61,166 nucleotides of DNA from a virus (lineage: Duplodnaviria; Caudoviricetes). The notes below the pieces were generated by a model. That model was given only the letters and a program-made list of their open reading frames with translations, did not search any database and had not been told where the DNA came from. The position numbers and the translations under genes are program-made. Shown in pieces: positions 15,591 to 25,055 of the stretch. Position 1 is the first letter of the stretch. Every line of letters starts with the position of its first letter. Location of the stretch: IMG/VR virus record IMGVR_UViG_3300034161_000007, positions 1 through 61,166 of that record, one strand, 5' to 3'.

Positions 15591-17342
15591 TCAGACCTCC
15601 GCCAGTTCGGCGCCCGTGCCGGCCAGGGTAATTTGCGTAATCGCGCGGTCGCTGGCCACTTCCACCTCCCACATCTGCGCCATAAAGCCCGACGGCAACC
15701 GCGCCATCTGGTTGAGCGTACCCACCGAGGCGACCAGCTTCTTGTCGGCGTAGATGTTGACCGCCACGGTACGGTTCAGTGTCGGCACCTTTTGCAGCTG
15801 GTCGCCGTTGACCGGGTAGACGTTGAGTGCCGCGCCACCCAGCGCGCCGCCAATCGACGGCTGAGCAAAGATCACGGCATTGGCCGCCTTGACGCTATCA
15901 ATGTCGGCTTGAATGGCGGCCAGCTGATCCGGGGTCAGACTGTCGTCGGCCTCGACCAGGATCGCGCCGAAGTTGGTGGGCTTAGGCAGCACGAACGGTT
16001 TGGACTTCCATGACAGCAGCTCGCTGGGCTGGCTCGGGTCATCCCACTGGTAAATACGGTCATTGATCAGCAGGTAAAGGTTGCCAGTCGGCCGGTCGAA
16101 ATACAGCGCCGACGGCAGTACGCCGGATCGGATCAGGAACGCCTGCTCGCCGGTCAGGTCGATAATAAGCATGCCGCGGTACTCGACGCCGCTGGCATCG
16201 GAATAGTTGTAGCTGGTGATGTAGCGCCCGTTGTAGCGATCCGCCGCCATGCTGGCCGGGTTCAGTTGTAACCAGTCATCGCGCGAAAACAGCCGGGTGC
16301 TGACCACGACGGCGCCGCTACTGGTCACTTGCACCAGGCCGTCATAGGACGGATAGATAACCGAATAGCCAAGGTCGACGATGCCGCGCGCGTTGATGCA
16401 CGGCAGGTCTTGCTCGATCTTCTCGCTGACCATGCTCTCGGGCGCATTGCCGGTGACGATGTACGGCTTGCCCGTGGTGGTGACGATGACCGAGGAACTG
16501 AAGGCGCCCAGCCCGACAATCGGGTAATCCATGGTCAGGCGGTAGGCTTCTGGCCAGGCATGCGGCCGATACGGCTCACAGAAACACAGCTGCTTGCCGC
16601 TGAAGGCCGCCATCAGTCCGTTAGGCAGGGAAATCAAACCGGTCATGTCGTCCGGTGGCGCGTTCCAATTGGCCGACGGCAGTGCCTCTTGCAGAAATTC
16701 CGGACTGATCGTGTCGACAAAATTCGCCGTGGTCGCCGCGCGCTCGGCGATGAAGTAGAGCTGCGTGCCGGTCTTGCCGGTCTGCGCCCGATAGATACGC
16801 TGCAAGGTGATGTTGCGCCCGGCTGGTGTCGCGGCAAACCCGGACAGGGTAGTGGTCTGCCCGGGCGTCCAGAACACGTCAGCACTGGCTGGGGATGGCT
16901 CTGACTCTTCGCCGAAGTCCGTCACCCAGGTGTACACATAGATGCGCGTGGTGCCTTGAGCGCCCGGGGTAGCCGTCCCGCTCAAGGTGGCGACCAGGGC
17001 CGAACTGGGCAGCGGCACAGCCAGCGGGTAAGTGATGCCACCTACCAGCATCTTCGGCACCCCGTCACCAGTGATGTACAGGTGATCATCGGCCACCGGG
17101 CCAGGCTCCGCATAGACATCGGTCGGCCAGCCCATCCAGGTTCCGGCATGCTGGTAAATGGTTTCGTAGCCACCCACCGGCACACTGCCAAACTGGTGCT
17201 CGAAGCGCTGCTTGCGGATCGGCGTCAGGCCGCCATCATCCAGGCGCACGTTATAGGCTTGTTGCGACGCCATGTCGCCGAGCAAGCGCGGGATGATCTT
17301 CGGGCTCTCGCCGACGAAGCCGATCAGCTTCAGTTTTGCCAT
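15591..17342 (-). CDS. Tail nozzle / tubular-like structural protein (583 aa)
   Basis: Beta-rich; YVYTWVTDFGEESEPS and CFCEPYRPHAWP motifs typical of podovirus tail proteins of this group. Confidence 0.7.
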   Translation of the reverse strand: MAKLKLIGFVGESPKIIPRLLGDMASQQAYNVRLDDGGLTPIRKQRFEHQFGSVPVGGYETIYQHAGTWMGWPTDVYAEPGPVADDHLYITGDGVPKMLVGGITYPLAVPLPSSALVATLSGTATPGAQGTTRIYVYTWVTDFGEESEPSPASADVFWTPGQTTTLSGFAATPAGRNITLQRIYRAQTGKTGTQLYFIAERAATTANFVDTISPEFLQEALPSANWNAPPDDMTGLISLPNGLMAAFSGKQLCFCEPYRPHAWPEAYRLTMDYPIVGLGAFSSSVIVTTTGKPYIVTGNAPESMVSEKIEQDLPCINARGIVDLGYSVIYPSYDGLVQVTSSGAVVVSTRLFSRDDWLQLNPASMAADRYNGRYITSYNYSDASGVEYRGMLIIDLTGEQAFLIRSGVLPSALYFDRPTGNLYLLINDRIYQWDDPSQPSELLSWKSKPFVLPKPTNFGAILVEADDSLTPDQLAAIQADIDSVKAANAVIFAQPSIGGALGGAALNVYPVNGDQLQKVPTLNRTVAVNIYADKKLVASVGTLNQMARLPSGFMAQMWEVEVASDRAITQITLAGTGAELAEV

Positions 17343-17372
17343 GGTGCCCGCCTTATGTCCGGCCGTGACCGA

Positions 17373-17780
17373 TCAAGTAATCACCCACAATTGAGTTTGA
17401 CGAGCGCCAGCCAAGGCCAGTGCTTCGGTCAACTCAAGGGCGCCGACCTGGATCACGCGGTTATCCGCAAGCACCCAGGTGGTCGTCTCGATAGCTGGCT
17501 TGCTTTGCAGGCCGAGAATCGCCCGCGCCATGCGGCCCTGGCTGATTTCATCGCCGTCGAAGGTATGGCCCGCTGCCGTAGTGACCGTAATTGCCGCCAC
17601 GGCGCGCTCGCGCTCGGCCTTCAATTCCTCATAAGTGTGCTCGGGCGTCACAGGAGGATTGAGGTGCGCCTGCACTTCCTCGCTCGTCATCGGGATCAAG
17701 TCCGGCAGAATAAAATCATCTTGCGAGCCGTCCTGTTCATAGGCGAATACTTCACCGGTAAGCGACTTGTAGTATTTCAT
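17373..17780 (-). CDS. Tail fibre assembly chaperone, DUF4376-like
   Basis: Follows the fibre gene; FDGDEISQGRM and WVLADN motifs. Confidence 0.7.
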   Translation of the reverse strand: MKYYKSLTGEVFAYEQDGSQDDFILPDLIPMTSEEVQAHLNPPVTPEHTYEELKAERERAVAAITVTTAAGHTFDGDEISQGRMARAILGLQSKPAIETTTWVLADNRVIQVGALELTEALALAGARQTQLWVIT

Positions 17781-18556
17781 TAGCGCAACTCCCTCCAGTC
17801 AGTAAGTGTCCCGACGCCGTTGTTAACAGCAACGGAGTATGTCGCGCCAGGCGGAATGATAGCGTTGTAGATGCCGGTATTCCCGCCAACCACGTTCGGC
17901 GAGATTGGTCCGTTCATTACCGCAACACCGTTCACGGTAAGTTGGAACGCCAAGAACGAGCCGTTGGATGCGCCCCACATACTGAGCACAATCGGCCTGC
18001 CGGTGCTGTTTGTGTAGGTTGTCCCCAGTGCGCGAGTAGGCTGCTGCCAGGTCTGGCCAGTACCGAGAACACCACTCTTGACGTTACCGACAAAGTCCAC
18101 GCTGTCATCCGCGTTGATCTTGATAGGGTCTGACGTTTCTGCGCCGGCATTGCCACGCGACAGGCGCAGGGTGCCATCCACGGGGGCGCGCAAGTTAAAG
18201 TTCTGGCTGGCCGTGGTCGACTGGCCCACCTGCACGGTAGTACTGCCTTTTTGAATCTTTTCCGACAGAGCTCCGGCTGTCAGGCGCAATTCAACACGGT
18301 CACCAACACTAAAGGCGGTCGCGGCCGTACCTTCTTGAGCGCGAGCAATCGTCAGCACGTCCACCACGCGAGCCGTGCATTTTACAATTTCCAAGGCGCC
18401 GGAGGCACTGACCAACGTCAGCGGAAACCAGCTGCCACCCGAGGGACTTGGGAACTTTGTCCCCTCTCCGCTTGCTACTGACAGGCTTGTTGCGCCAGAG
18501 CTTAGCGATGAGCCGAGCCGGCTCTCTGCATTATTGTTAAGCATGACATCCGTCAT
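17780..18556 (-). CDS. Short tail fibre protein (258 aa)
   Basis: N-terminal anchor (NNAESRL...RAQEGTAATAFSVGDRVELRLTAG); C-terminal GQTWQ...TYTNSTGRPI...IIPPGATYSV...WRELR fibre tip module. Confidence 0.8.
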   Translation of the reverse strand: MTDVMLNNNAESRLGSSLSSGATSLSVASGEGTKFPSPSGGSWFPLTLVSASGALEIVKCTARVVDVLTIARAQEGTAATAFSVGDRVELRLTAGALSEKIQKGSTTVQVGQSTTASQNFNLRAPVDGTLRLSRGNAGAETSDPIKINADDSVDFVGNVKSGVLGTGQTWQQPTRALGTTYTNSTGRPIVLSMWGASNGSFLAFQLTVNGVAVMNGPISPNVVGGNTGIYNAIIPPGATYSVAVNNGVGTLTDWRELR

Positions 18557-18557
18557 A

Positions 18558-18833
18558 TCAGCACTCCACGACGCGAAGGTTAAAGGTGACTTCTTTGATC
18601 CGCCCTTGGGCGGTGGTCGCGGTCACGGTGATTAGGTACGAGTTACCCGCCAGGCCGGCACTTAACCAGACTTTGGCCACGGCGCCGGACAGGCTCACGC
18701 TGATCACCGTCAAATCTGGCGAGTCAGCGGTGGCCGTGGCGTCGGTAAGGGTATCGCCCGCCGACAGCCATTTCTCAAAGCTGACGTCATAGTCCAGCGT
18801 GTCGTCAGGGCGCTTACGCATGGTTCCAAGCAT
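18558..18833 (-). CDS. Fibre-tail adaptor-like small Ig-fold protein
   Basis: KRPDDTLDYDVSF...VWLSAG...GRIKE pattern; context. Confidence 0.65.
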   Translation of the reverse strand: MLGTMRKRPDDTLDYDVSFEKWLSAGDTLTDATATADSPDLTVISVSLSGAVAKVWLSAGLAGNSYLITVTATTAQGRIKEVTFNLRVVEC

Positions 18834-19673
18834 TCACGCTCTCCTTTCAGCGGGGACGACAAAGGCCCGTTGCTCGGCGTCCAGTGACAGCGCTCGCAAC
18901 AAAGGGGCCGCAATAAAGGTGCTCGGGATGACCGGCACACCGTGGCGCTCGGCCACGGCGGTGAATCGAATCTGTACGTCGGCTTCGGCGTACTGGTAAT
19001 GCCATTGCAGGGCGTAACCGGTGGCGATCAATGCGATGTCTGCCGCTCCCTCGCCATACACCCGCCCGCCCAGTCGCGTATCACCATCGGCTTGCCACGC
19101 AATATCTGCGGCGCCGCTGACGGAATTGATCCGCATGAAGGGCATCGCCTCCATGCCAAAGACCAGCGGGGCGTCACCCTCAAGGAAAGCCGGGCGGGCC
19201 ACGCGGTAATCCAGCTGTGCGTCGAACACCACTGAAAAATCAGCGATGCCTTGCTGCACGGTTGCCGCACGACCATCGAGTAGGGCGTCGAACTGAATAT
19301 TGAAGCTGGACGACACCTGTGAAACCACTTGCGCATCGCCATCAGCCTGAAACACAGCGGTCAAGTCACTGGCACCGAAGGTCCAGCGCGTACCATCGCC
19401 GTCCGCCGTCAGTACCAACTGCATATCGCCGCTGGCTGTACGCCCGTACAACAGGTCGCCATCCAGCACGAACACCACATCGGCAGAACCCGATGCCGCG
19501 ACGTTCAGTCGGGGCACCAGGTCAGCTTGCAGCACCACGTCAGCGGAACCGGTCGCCACTAACCCCAACGCCACATCGCCATCCGCCTGGAAAACAATGT
19601 TCGCATCACCGTACCAGCTCCAAATCTGATTGGAGCCATCCAGTGACGCAGCGTTGAGGGAGAAGGCGTTCAC
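18834..19673 (-). CDS. Virion structural protein with repetitive beta-strand units
   Basis: MNAFSLNAASLDG start; repeated GxAxxxFxAxG units; contiguous with neighbours. Confidence 0.65.
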   Translation of the reverse strand: MNAFSLNAASLDGSNQIWSWYGDANIVFQADGDVALGLVATGSADVVLQADLVPRLNVAASGSADVVFVLDGDLLYGRTASGDMQLVLTADGDGTRWTFGASDLTAVFQADGDAQVVSQVSSSFNIQFDALLDGRAATVQQGIADFSVVFDAQLDYRVARPAFLEGDAPLVFGMEAMPFMRINSVSGAADIAWQADGDTRLGGRVYGEGAADIALIATGYALQWHYQYAEADVQIRFTAVAERHGVPVIPSTFIAAPLLRALSLDAEQRAFVVPAERRA

Positions 19674-20093
19674 TTAGAGCACCGTTACCGTCAGCTTCTG
19701 CACGTCGATCACGAACACATCGCCCGGGTTGAGGGTGCGGCTGGCCGCCAGTGCGCCGTTGAGCAGACTGTTGCCGGCAGTCAGCGCGTCCCATACGCCG
19801 AAGTGGGTCACGGTCAGCGGTGCGGCGCCGTCGTACACGGCATAGATCAGCTGCAAGGCGTTCTTCGTCACGCCGCCAGAGGAAGCCGTCCAGGCCGAGG
19901 CCTGCGTACCGCCCAGCGCTGCGTCTTTACGCAGGTAGGACGGGAAGGCGGCCAACGACACTTCGTTTGCACCGGTATCACCAGGTGAAGCCGTGTGCAG
20001 GGAGACGTAGGTTTTGGTCGGGGAGGTAAAGGCCACGCCGCGCAACACGGCGTTAGCAAGGGCGTTTTCCAGGTAATCCGAAGCGGCGGACAT
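19674..20093 (-). CDS. Virion structural protein (fibre-associated, 139 aa)
   Basis: SDYLENAL, YVSLHTASPG, THFGVWDALTAGN motifs. Confidence 0.7.
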   Translation of the reverse strand: MSAASDYLENALANAVLRGVAFTSPTKTYVSLHTASPGDTGANEVSLAAFPSYLRKDAALGGTQASAWTASSGGVTKNALQLIYAVYDGAAPLTVTHFGVWDALTAGNSLLNGALAASRTLNPGDVFVIDVQKLTVTVL

Positions 20094-20105
20094 GGGCGTA
20101 CTCCT

Positions 20106-20720
20106 TTAGAAGAATCGGGCGCGCGAACGGACGGGTGCCCGCTGCTGGCCTTTGATGGTTCGATTAGACAGTTCATCGATGCGATTATCAAACCGCATCG
20201 AATAAAATTGGGCGCTTTGCGGGTTGCTGAAGCTCTGCGCCGGCAGCATCAGGATGTCGCTCAGTGCGCCGTCGGCAATGACCTGTGTGTACTCACTGAA
20301 GAGGTCCGGCAGTTGCTCGGCTTCGTCGGTCGGGCGCAAGAGGGTCGACAGGTCGAGGGTGCCGGTACAGGTTGGCACCAGCAGCACGCTACCGGGCTCG
20401 GTCTGTGTGATCCAGCGGCCTTCGCCTGCGGACATCTGGCGCCAGTTCGGGTGCTTGGCGTCCAGATCAGAAAGCGAGATTGGTTCTAAAAGGCAACCAT
20501 TGAAGCGCGCGCTCTCGATCTCGAACAGTGCGGCACCGACCGGAGCACAGACTACGTTGCAGCTGCTCGGCGTGACGTTGAACTGGTCACGGTCACGCCA
20601 CAAGCGCGTGCGCTCACAGAAGGCCTGCGCCGCCTTGATGATCGCCGCGAAGGCAGTCGGCTCGGCCACGCCCGGCGCGAAGGGCAGGATGCGCGGCAGA
20701 AACACGTCAAGATCGATCAT
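20106..20720 (-). CDS. Head-tail adaptor / connector protein
   Basis: Position downstream of the capsid genes; AAQAFCERTRLW pattern. Confidence 0.6.
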   Translation of the reverse strand: MIDLDVFLPRILPFAPGVAEPTAFAAIIKAAQAFCERTRLWRDRDQFNVTPSSCNVVCAPVGAALFEIESARFNGCLLEPISLSDLDAKHPNWRQMSAGEGRWITQTEPGSVLLVPTCTGTLDLSTLLRPTDEAEQLPDLFSEYTQVIADGALSDILMLPAQSFSNPQSAQFYSMRFDNRIDELSNRTIKGQQRAPVRSRARFF

Positions 20721-21370
20721 GCGGGCACCTTGGTATTAGGAGAAACCGATTGTTCGCCGTTGTCCTTGCCGCCCAGTGCTGCTTGGAAGGCCTGGTAGTA
20801 ACCGGTGGCGATGGCGCCGTTGGCGTACTCGCTATCCTTGGCCAAGGCACGGAACACGATGTAGTTCACCAGCGCGCTTTCAAACTGGTTATCCAGTTGC
20901 AGGCTGTCAGTCGCAGTCAGCACGGGCGGCGGCATGACGGTCAGGCTCGCCTGTACCTTGGTGCCGGCCAGCGCAGGCGGGTACACATAGAACGCGTTCG
21001 GGGTGCGGTCGTCGTAGATGTAGTGCTTGATCGACGCCTTGCCTGCGCGGGTGTGCCAGTCCGGATCGGCACTGTCGAACAGGTGGCGCTCGGCCAGGCG
21101 AATGGCCCGGCCGGGAGTCAGGCCGTCGGCGCCGACGTTGCGCACCACATCGAGCAGTTGCACCACGTCGTCGTCGAGCGATTGTTGCGTGCCGGCCGCC
21201 AGCGATAACACCGCCAGCTTGGCACCGGCACTCGGGCGAACGGTCACCAGCGCGCCCGCGGCTTCGTTGATCCAGCTGATCAACTCGGTCACGGTCCAAC
21301 GAACGTGCTCTTCATCCTGAAGCAAGAAGCCCGAGCGCTGGATCAGGGTAGCCACGCTGATGCCGGCCAT
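20717..21370 (-). CDS. Head-tail adaptor protein (DUF6682-like)
   Basis: LQDEEHVRWTVTELISWINEA, FYVYPP, ALVNYIVFRALAKDSEY. Confidence 0.65.
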   Translation of the reverse strand: MAGISVATLIQRSGFLLQDEEHVRWTVTELISWINEAAGALVTVRPSAGAKLAVLSLAAGTQQSLDDDVVQLLDVVRNVGADGLTPGRAIRLAERHLFDSADPDWHTRAGKASIKHYIYDDRTPNAFYVYPPALAGTKVQASLTVMPPPVLTATDSLQLDNQFESALVNYIVFRALAKDSEYANGAIATGYYQAFQAALGGKDNGEQSVSPNTKVPA

Positions 21371-22119
21371 TACTCGGCGCCTTCTTCTTTAGCGGGCTCG
21401 ACAGGCTTGGCCAGTTCCTCGTTGATCTTTTCAATCGACCACTTGTAATGCGGGCGCGCGCCGAACTTGGCTTTGTAGGCCACGGCAGCCGCTTCGCGCT
21501 CGGCTTCGTACTGCGCTTTGTCAGCGTCCGTAGCGACCGGGCTTTCTTTCGACGCGGCGCCGTTCGAGTTCCCAGCGACCGAAACCGGCGCTGTCTCGGT
21601 AATCAGCTTTGCGACTTCAACCACCGGTGCGCGCACGGGCTCTTCGGTCACGTCGGCCGGCTCGCGGGTGTCGAGGTCGTCCAGGGCAAGGTCGATGAAG
21701 TTATGACGGTCTTCGTCCGGCAGGCTGTTCCACTCGGAAGTGGGCAGGCCGCTCAGGTCCAGCGCGTGCGCCACCACGTCATCAATATGGGTCGGTTCAT
21801 CGCCGCCAAGGTCGAAGGTGCGCGGATGCACTTCGCTGCCTCGGATCGCGTACTCATCGACCGGGGCCAGGACGGCGGCGGCAGTCGGCAGCGTCTGCTC
21901 GACAATCGCCGGAATCAGGTCTTGCGGAATCGGCGCATCGCCCGGCAGGCGATAGGCTTCACTGATGCTCAGTAGGCGGGCAATGTGCGCGTTGTCTTCG
22001 ACTTCGCAGACGTGGCGGCCTTGTTCATCAGGGAGAAATTTGTATTGAACCGGGCCGGACATATTGCCCAGCACGACAACGGTAGGCGGATCACGACGAA
22101 GGATGCACTCGATTTTCAT
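21370..22119 (-). CDS. Hypothetical acidic protein of the head module
   Basis: ATG 22119 chosen because the longer start overlaps a terminator. Confidence 0.65.
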   Translation of the reverse strand: MKIECILRRDPPTVVVLGNMSGPVQYKFLPDEQGRHVCEVEDNAHIARLLSISEAYRLPGDAPIPQDLIPAIVEQTLPTAAAVLAPVDEYAIRGSEVHPRTFDLGGDEPTHIDDVVAHALDLSGLPTSEWNSLPDEDRHNFIDLALDDLDTREPADVTEEPVRAPVVEVAKLITETAPVSVAGNSNGAASKESPVATDADKAQYEAEREAAAVAYKAKFGARPHYKWSIEKINEELAKPVEPAKEEGAE

Positions 22120-22144
22120 GGGGATGCTCTTTTGTGGTGGGTAC

Positions 22145-22173
22145 AAAAAAGGGCCAGCCTAGACCGGCCCTTT
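22145..22173 (-). terminator. Rho-independent terminator after the capsid/decoration genes
   Basis: Minus-strand GGGCC...GGCCC stem followed by TTTTTT. Confidence 0.8.
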
Positions 22174-22192
22174 CGGGTGCGTAACGTCCCTG

Positions 22193-22633
22193 TTACTGCT
22201 TGGTGTACAAGAGCAGGTCAATGACCTGAGCCGCACCAGTAATCGAAGCGGTCAGCACCTTGACACCAATCGAGCGGTCGCCCGCAATCGGAACAATGCG
22301 GAAACCGGCGATTTTCGACATGCGCGTGCTTTGTGCATCCACTGCGGCGGCAAACAGTTCGTTGCCGCAAGTGCGCGCCTGGTCGGTGTCACCCGGGATG
22401 CTCGACATGATGCCGACATCGTAGGTGGCAGTGCCCGCTTCATCGACCACCAGGGTGGCATCCACCACGGTGTGATACGCCGGCAGAATCGCCAGCTCGA
22501 TGATGTCGTTCACGTTCAGCGTCAAGCCGGCCGGAACGGTGTAGGTGTAGCGTTCGACTTTGACGGTGCCCGCCTCAGACGAAACCGGGGCTTGGCGTTT
22601 AAGCGCGCCCCACGAAGATTGTACGATTGCCAT
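22193..22633 (-). CDS. Capsid decoration / cement-like protein
   Basis: 146-aa beta-rich protein immediately after the major capsid gene, before the terminator. Confidence 0.6.
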   Translation of the reverse strand: MAIVQSSWGALKRQAPVSSEAGTVKVERYTYTVPAGLTLNVNDIIELAILPAYHTVVDATLVVDEAGTATYDVGIMSSIPGDTDQARTCGNELFAAAVDAQSTRMSKIAGFRIVPIAGDRSIGVKVLTASITGAAQVIDLLLYTKQ

Positions 22634-22648
22634 GATTTCGTCCTCGGA

Positions 22649-23746
22649 TTAGGCGTTAGGGTCAACGCAAGCGGTATCGAGGGACAACACGCCGAAGTCA
22701 CGGGAGTTGAAGCGGGCCTTCTTGATGCCGAAGATCGCGCCAGCCGCTACCGTTGGTTCGTTGTCGTAGTCCTTCATTTCTTCTTTCCAGCTCCAGCGCA
22801 GACCGCCCTGAGTGCCGTAAGCCACGACACCAGCCTGACGGCCCATGAACAGCGCGCGACCGGCTGCCACGTTGGCGCCTGCGCCGTAGTCGCTGAAGCG
22901 GATGCCGTTGCGGTGTTCGTGCAGAACCACGTTCTTCACCATGCCCAAGCCACCCTTGAAGATCGGGTTGTTGCGACCTTCAGCAGCAGCAGCGGCTTTC
23001 TGGATGTCCAGCCATACGGAACCAGCAGCGGTACGCATGTCGTGCGCCTGGAACGGGTTCATCACACAGACGTAGTGCTCTTCACCGTCGATGCTGACCG
23101 GCACCATGTTGGCCGCTTCCGGGTCTTGCGCCTGGAGCATGGTGGATTTGACCTGCGCCTTCTCGATCAGCAAGGTGCTCATCTTGTCGCCGGCAACCAT
23201 CGATGCCTTGGACGTTGCAGCGCCGCCGTACAGCAGGTGACCGACATCCGGAGCTTGAATGGCGTTACCGGCACGACCGGCATAGCCGAGCGGGAACAGG
23301 AAATCCTTGTTGATACCGCGGTCGCCCGACAGGTAGATGAACATCAGTTCATCGTAGAAGCGCGACCAGTAGTCCGACAGCAGACGCTTGGCGTTGCCGC
23401 GCAGGTTCAGGTTGGTACGCTTGCGAGTCATCGCACCGCCAGCCGATACCGCGTGACGCACCTGGTCGATAGCCACTTCGTCGGTGTAATACTTCTGGCT
23501 TTCTTCCTTGCCTTCCAGGCGAGCGTCGCCCTCGGTCGCTTCACCGCGCAGCTGAACCGACAGGTCGAAGGACACACGGTCGCCCGGATCGCTTTCGAGT
23601 TCGGTTTTGCGCTGGATGATCGAGTTCTCGTCGGTGCCGACGAACTTCTTCTCGAAGTAGGCTTTTTTGATTTGATCGACGGCAAGGCCGGTCGACCATG
23701 CTTTTTGTGCCTTGGGATCGCCCCAAGCGATGACAGTAGAGCCCAT
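22649..23746 (-). CDS. Major capsid protein, N4-gp56 family
   Basis: GDPKAQKAWS, GDRVSFDLSVQLRG, LEGKEE, NPIFKGGLG, GIKKARFNSRDFGV. Confidence 0.9.
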   Translation of the reverse strand: MGSTVIAWGDPKAQKAWSTGLAVDQIKKAYFEKKFVGTDENSIIQRKTELESDPGDRVSFDLSVQLRGEATEGDARLEGKEESQKYYTDEVAIDQVRHAVSAGGAMTRKRTNLNLRGNAKRLLSDYWSRFYDELMFIYLSGDRGINKDFLFPLGYAGRAGNAIQAPDVGHLLYGGAATSKASMVAGDKMSTLLIEKAQVKSTMLQAQDPEAANMVPVSIDGEEHYVCVMNPFQAHDMRTAAGSVWLDIQKAAAAAEGRNNPIFKGGLGMVKNVVLHEHRNGIRFSDYGAGANVAAGRALFMGRQAGVVAYGTQGGLRWSWKEEMKDYDNEPTVAAGAIFGIKKARFNSRDFGVLSLDTACVDPNA

Positions 23747-23806
23747 TTGGCTACCCTCGTGTGATTGAGTGAATCAGTCACATAGGCAGCTCCTGCGCTC
23801 TACGTT

Positions 23807-23841
23807 GGTTTGATTATCGAACGGCCGGCTACATTTTGCAA
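23807..23841 (-). promoter_or_regulatory. sigma70-like promoter for the capsid operon
   Basis: TTGCAA-N17-GATAAT followed by CAAACC; -35 lies inside an inverted repeat. Confidence 0.65.
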
Positions 23842-23854
23842 CCGGCCGCCCGTG

Positions 23855-24052
23855 TTAGCTGGCGAGTAAGCCCTGACGCAGAAACTGCGCCGGGGTGCTG
23901 TCCTCTTTGACGCGGGTAATCTTCACGCTGCGATCAGCCTCAAACGCGACGCGCGCATTCCGACCTGATTTGTCTTCGAGGGTGATGACGACGGCGTTCG
24001 GGCCTTCGCCGATCTTCACGCTCTCGCCGGGTTTTAAGTCCAATCGCAGCAT
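23855..24052 (-). CDS. CsrA/RsmA-like carbon storage regulator homologue
   Basis: MLRLDLKPGESVKIG...VRVAFEA-like CsrA beta pattern, 65 aa; canonical IHREE degenerate. Confidence 0.7.
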   Translation of the reverse strand: MLRLDLKPGESVKIGEGPNAVVITLEDKSGRNARVAFEADRSVKITRVKEDSTPAQFLRQGLLAS

Positions 24053-24056
24053 GGGG

Positions 24057-25016
24057 TTAGGCTCCTGCGGCCAAGTAAGCGTTCTGGTCGGCTTCGCTCA
24101 TCTTGCCGAATGCCGCCTCGCGCTGGTCCGGGTTCATCCGGTTGAGGTGAGCAAAGCGGTTTTCTTCGGTCAGGGCGATGTCAGAGGCCGGCACGGTGGC
24201 CAGGGTTGGCGGTGCGTTGAGCGGCTTGAGTTCTTTCTTCGGCGGTGGTGTCGGGTCAGTCTTGCCGGCCTTCGGTTGCAACACGCCTTCAGCCACGCAC
24301 AGGTCGTAGGCCTTTTGCATGATCGCGGTAGCGCTCAAGGTCATGTTGACCGGATCGTTCGCCACCTGCATAACCGCCTGATTCAAGGTCTGGAAGCGCA
24401 GGTTCTTCGGATCATTGGGAATCTTCGCGTCACTTAGGAACGTGTTGATTTCCTTGGTCCGGTCGTTGGTGATGCGCTGATTCTCCAGGTCGGTGGCAAT
24501 CTCGGCGCGGTCAATGACGCGTTCCAGCTTGCGTTCTTCGCGGTTCAGCGTCTCCAGCTCGGCGTTCATTTCGCTGGCGGTCAGGTCGCCGTCGTCGAAC
24601 TTGGCGGTGATGGCCTTCTTCTCGTCGCCAATGGCGGCCAGGCGCTCGACCGTACCCTCTGGCACTTGAGCGACCAGCACCGGGGCGCCATGGTCAGCGG
24701 CTTGCGGCGGCTCTTCCTGCGCGGTGGCCAGTGCGGCAGCTTCAGCGGCGGCCTTGGCTTCTGGCGTCTGCTCGGTCGCAGGCTTTGCAGCGGCGGCTGC
24801 TTGGTCAGCCTGGGCAGCGGCGGCATCATCCGCTTCGCGCTGCGCCTGCTTTTCCATCAGGCCGGCGTCTTCCGGCGTGTGGCCCTTGCGCACCACCTCG
24901 TCGATGTTAAACACCGGATCGTCATCGGTAGCGCCATCGATCTGCGCGTTCATTTCAGCCAGTGCCGACACTTCTTCATCAGTCAGGCCAGCGTTTGCGG
25001 TTGCTTCAGTTGCCAT
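24057..25016 (-). CDS. Capsid scaffolding protein
   Basis: Acidic, Ala-rich coiled-coil between portal and capsid genes; C-terminal helix-turn-helix-like tail. Confidence 0.7.
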   Translation of the reverse strand: MATEATANAGLTDEEVSALAEMNAQIDGATDDDPVFNIDEVVRKGHTPEDAGLMEKQAQREADDAAAAQADQAAAAAKPATEQTPEAKAAAEAAALATAQEEPPQAADHGAPVLVAQVPEGTVERLAAIGDEKKAITAKFDDGDLTASEMNAELETLNREERKLERVIDRAEIATDLENQRITNDRTKEINTFLSDAKIPNDPKNLRFQTLNQAVMQVANDPVNMTLSATAIMQKAYDLCVAEGVLQPKAGKTDPTPPPKKELKPLNAPPTLATVPASDIALTEENRFAHLNRMNPDQREAAFGKMSEADQNAYLAAGA

Positions 25017-25055
25017 GTGTAAAACCTCGGGTTGGGAGTGGGGGTGTCACGGTGA

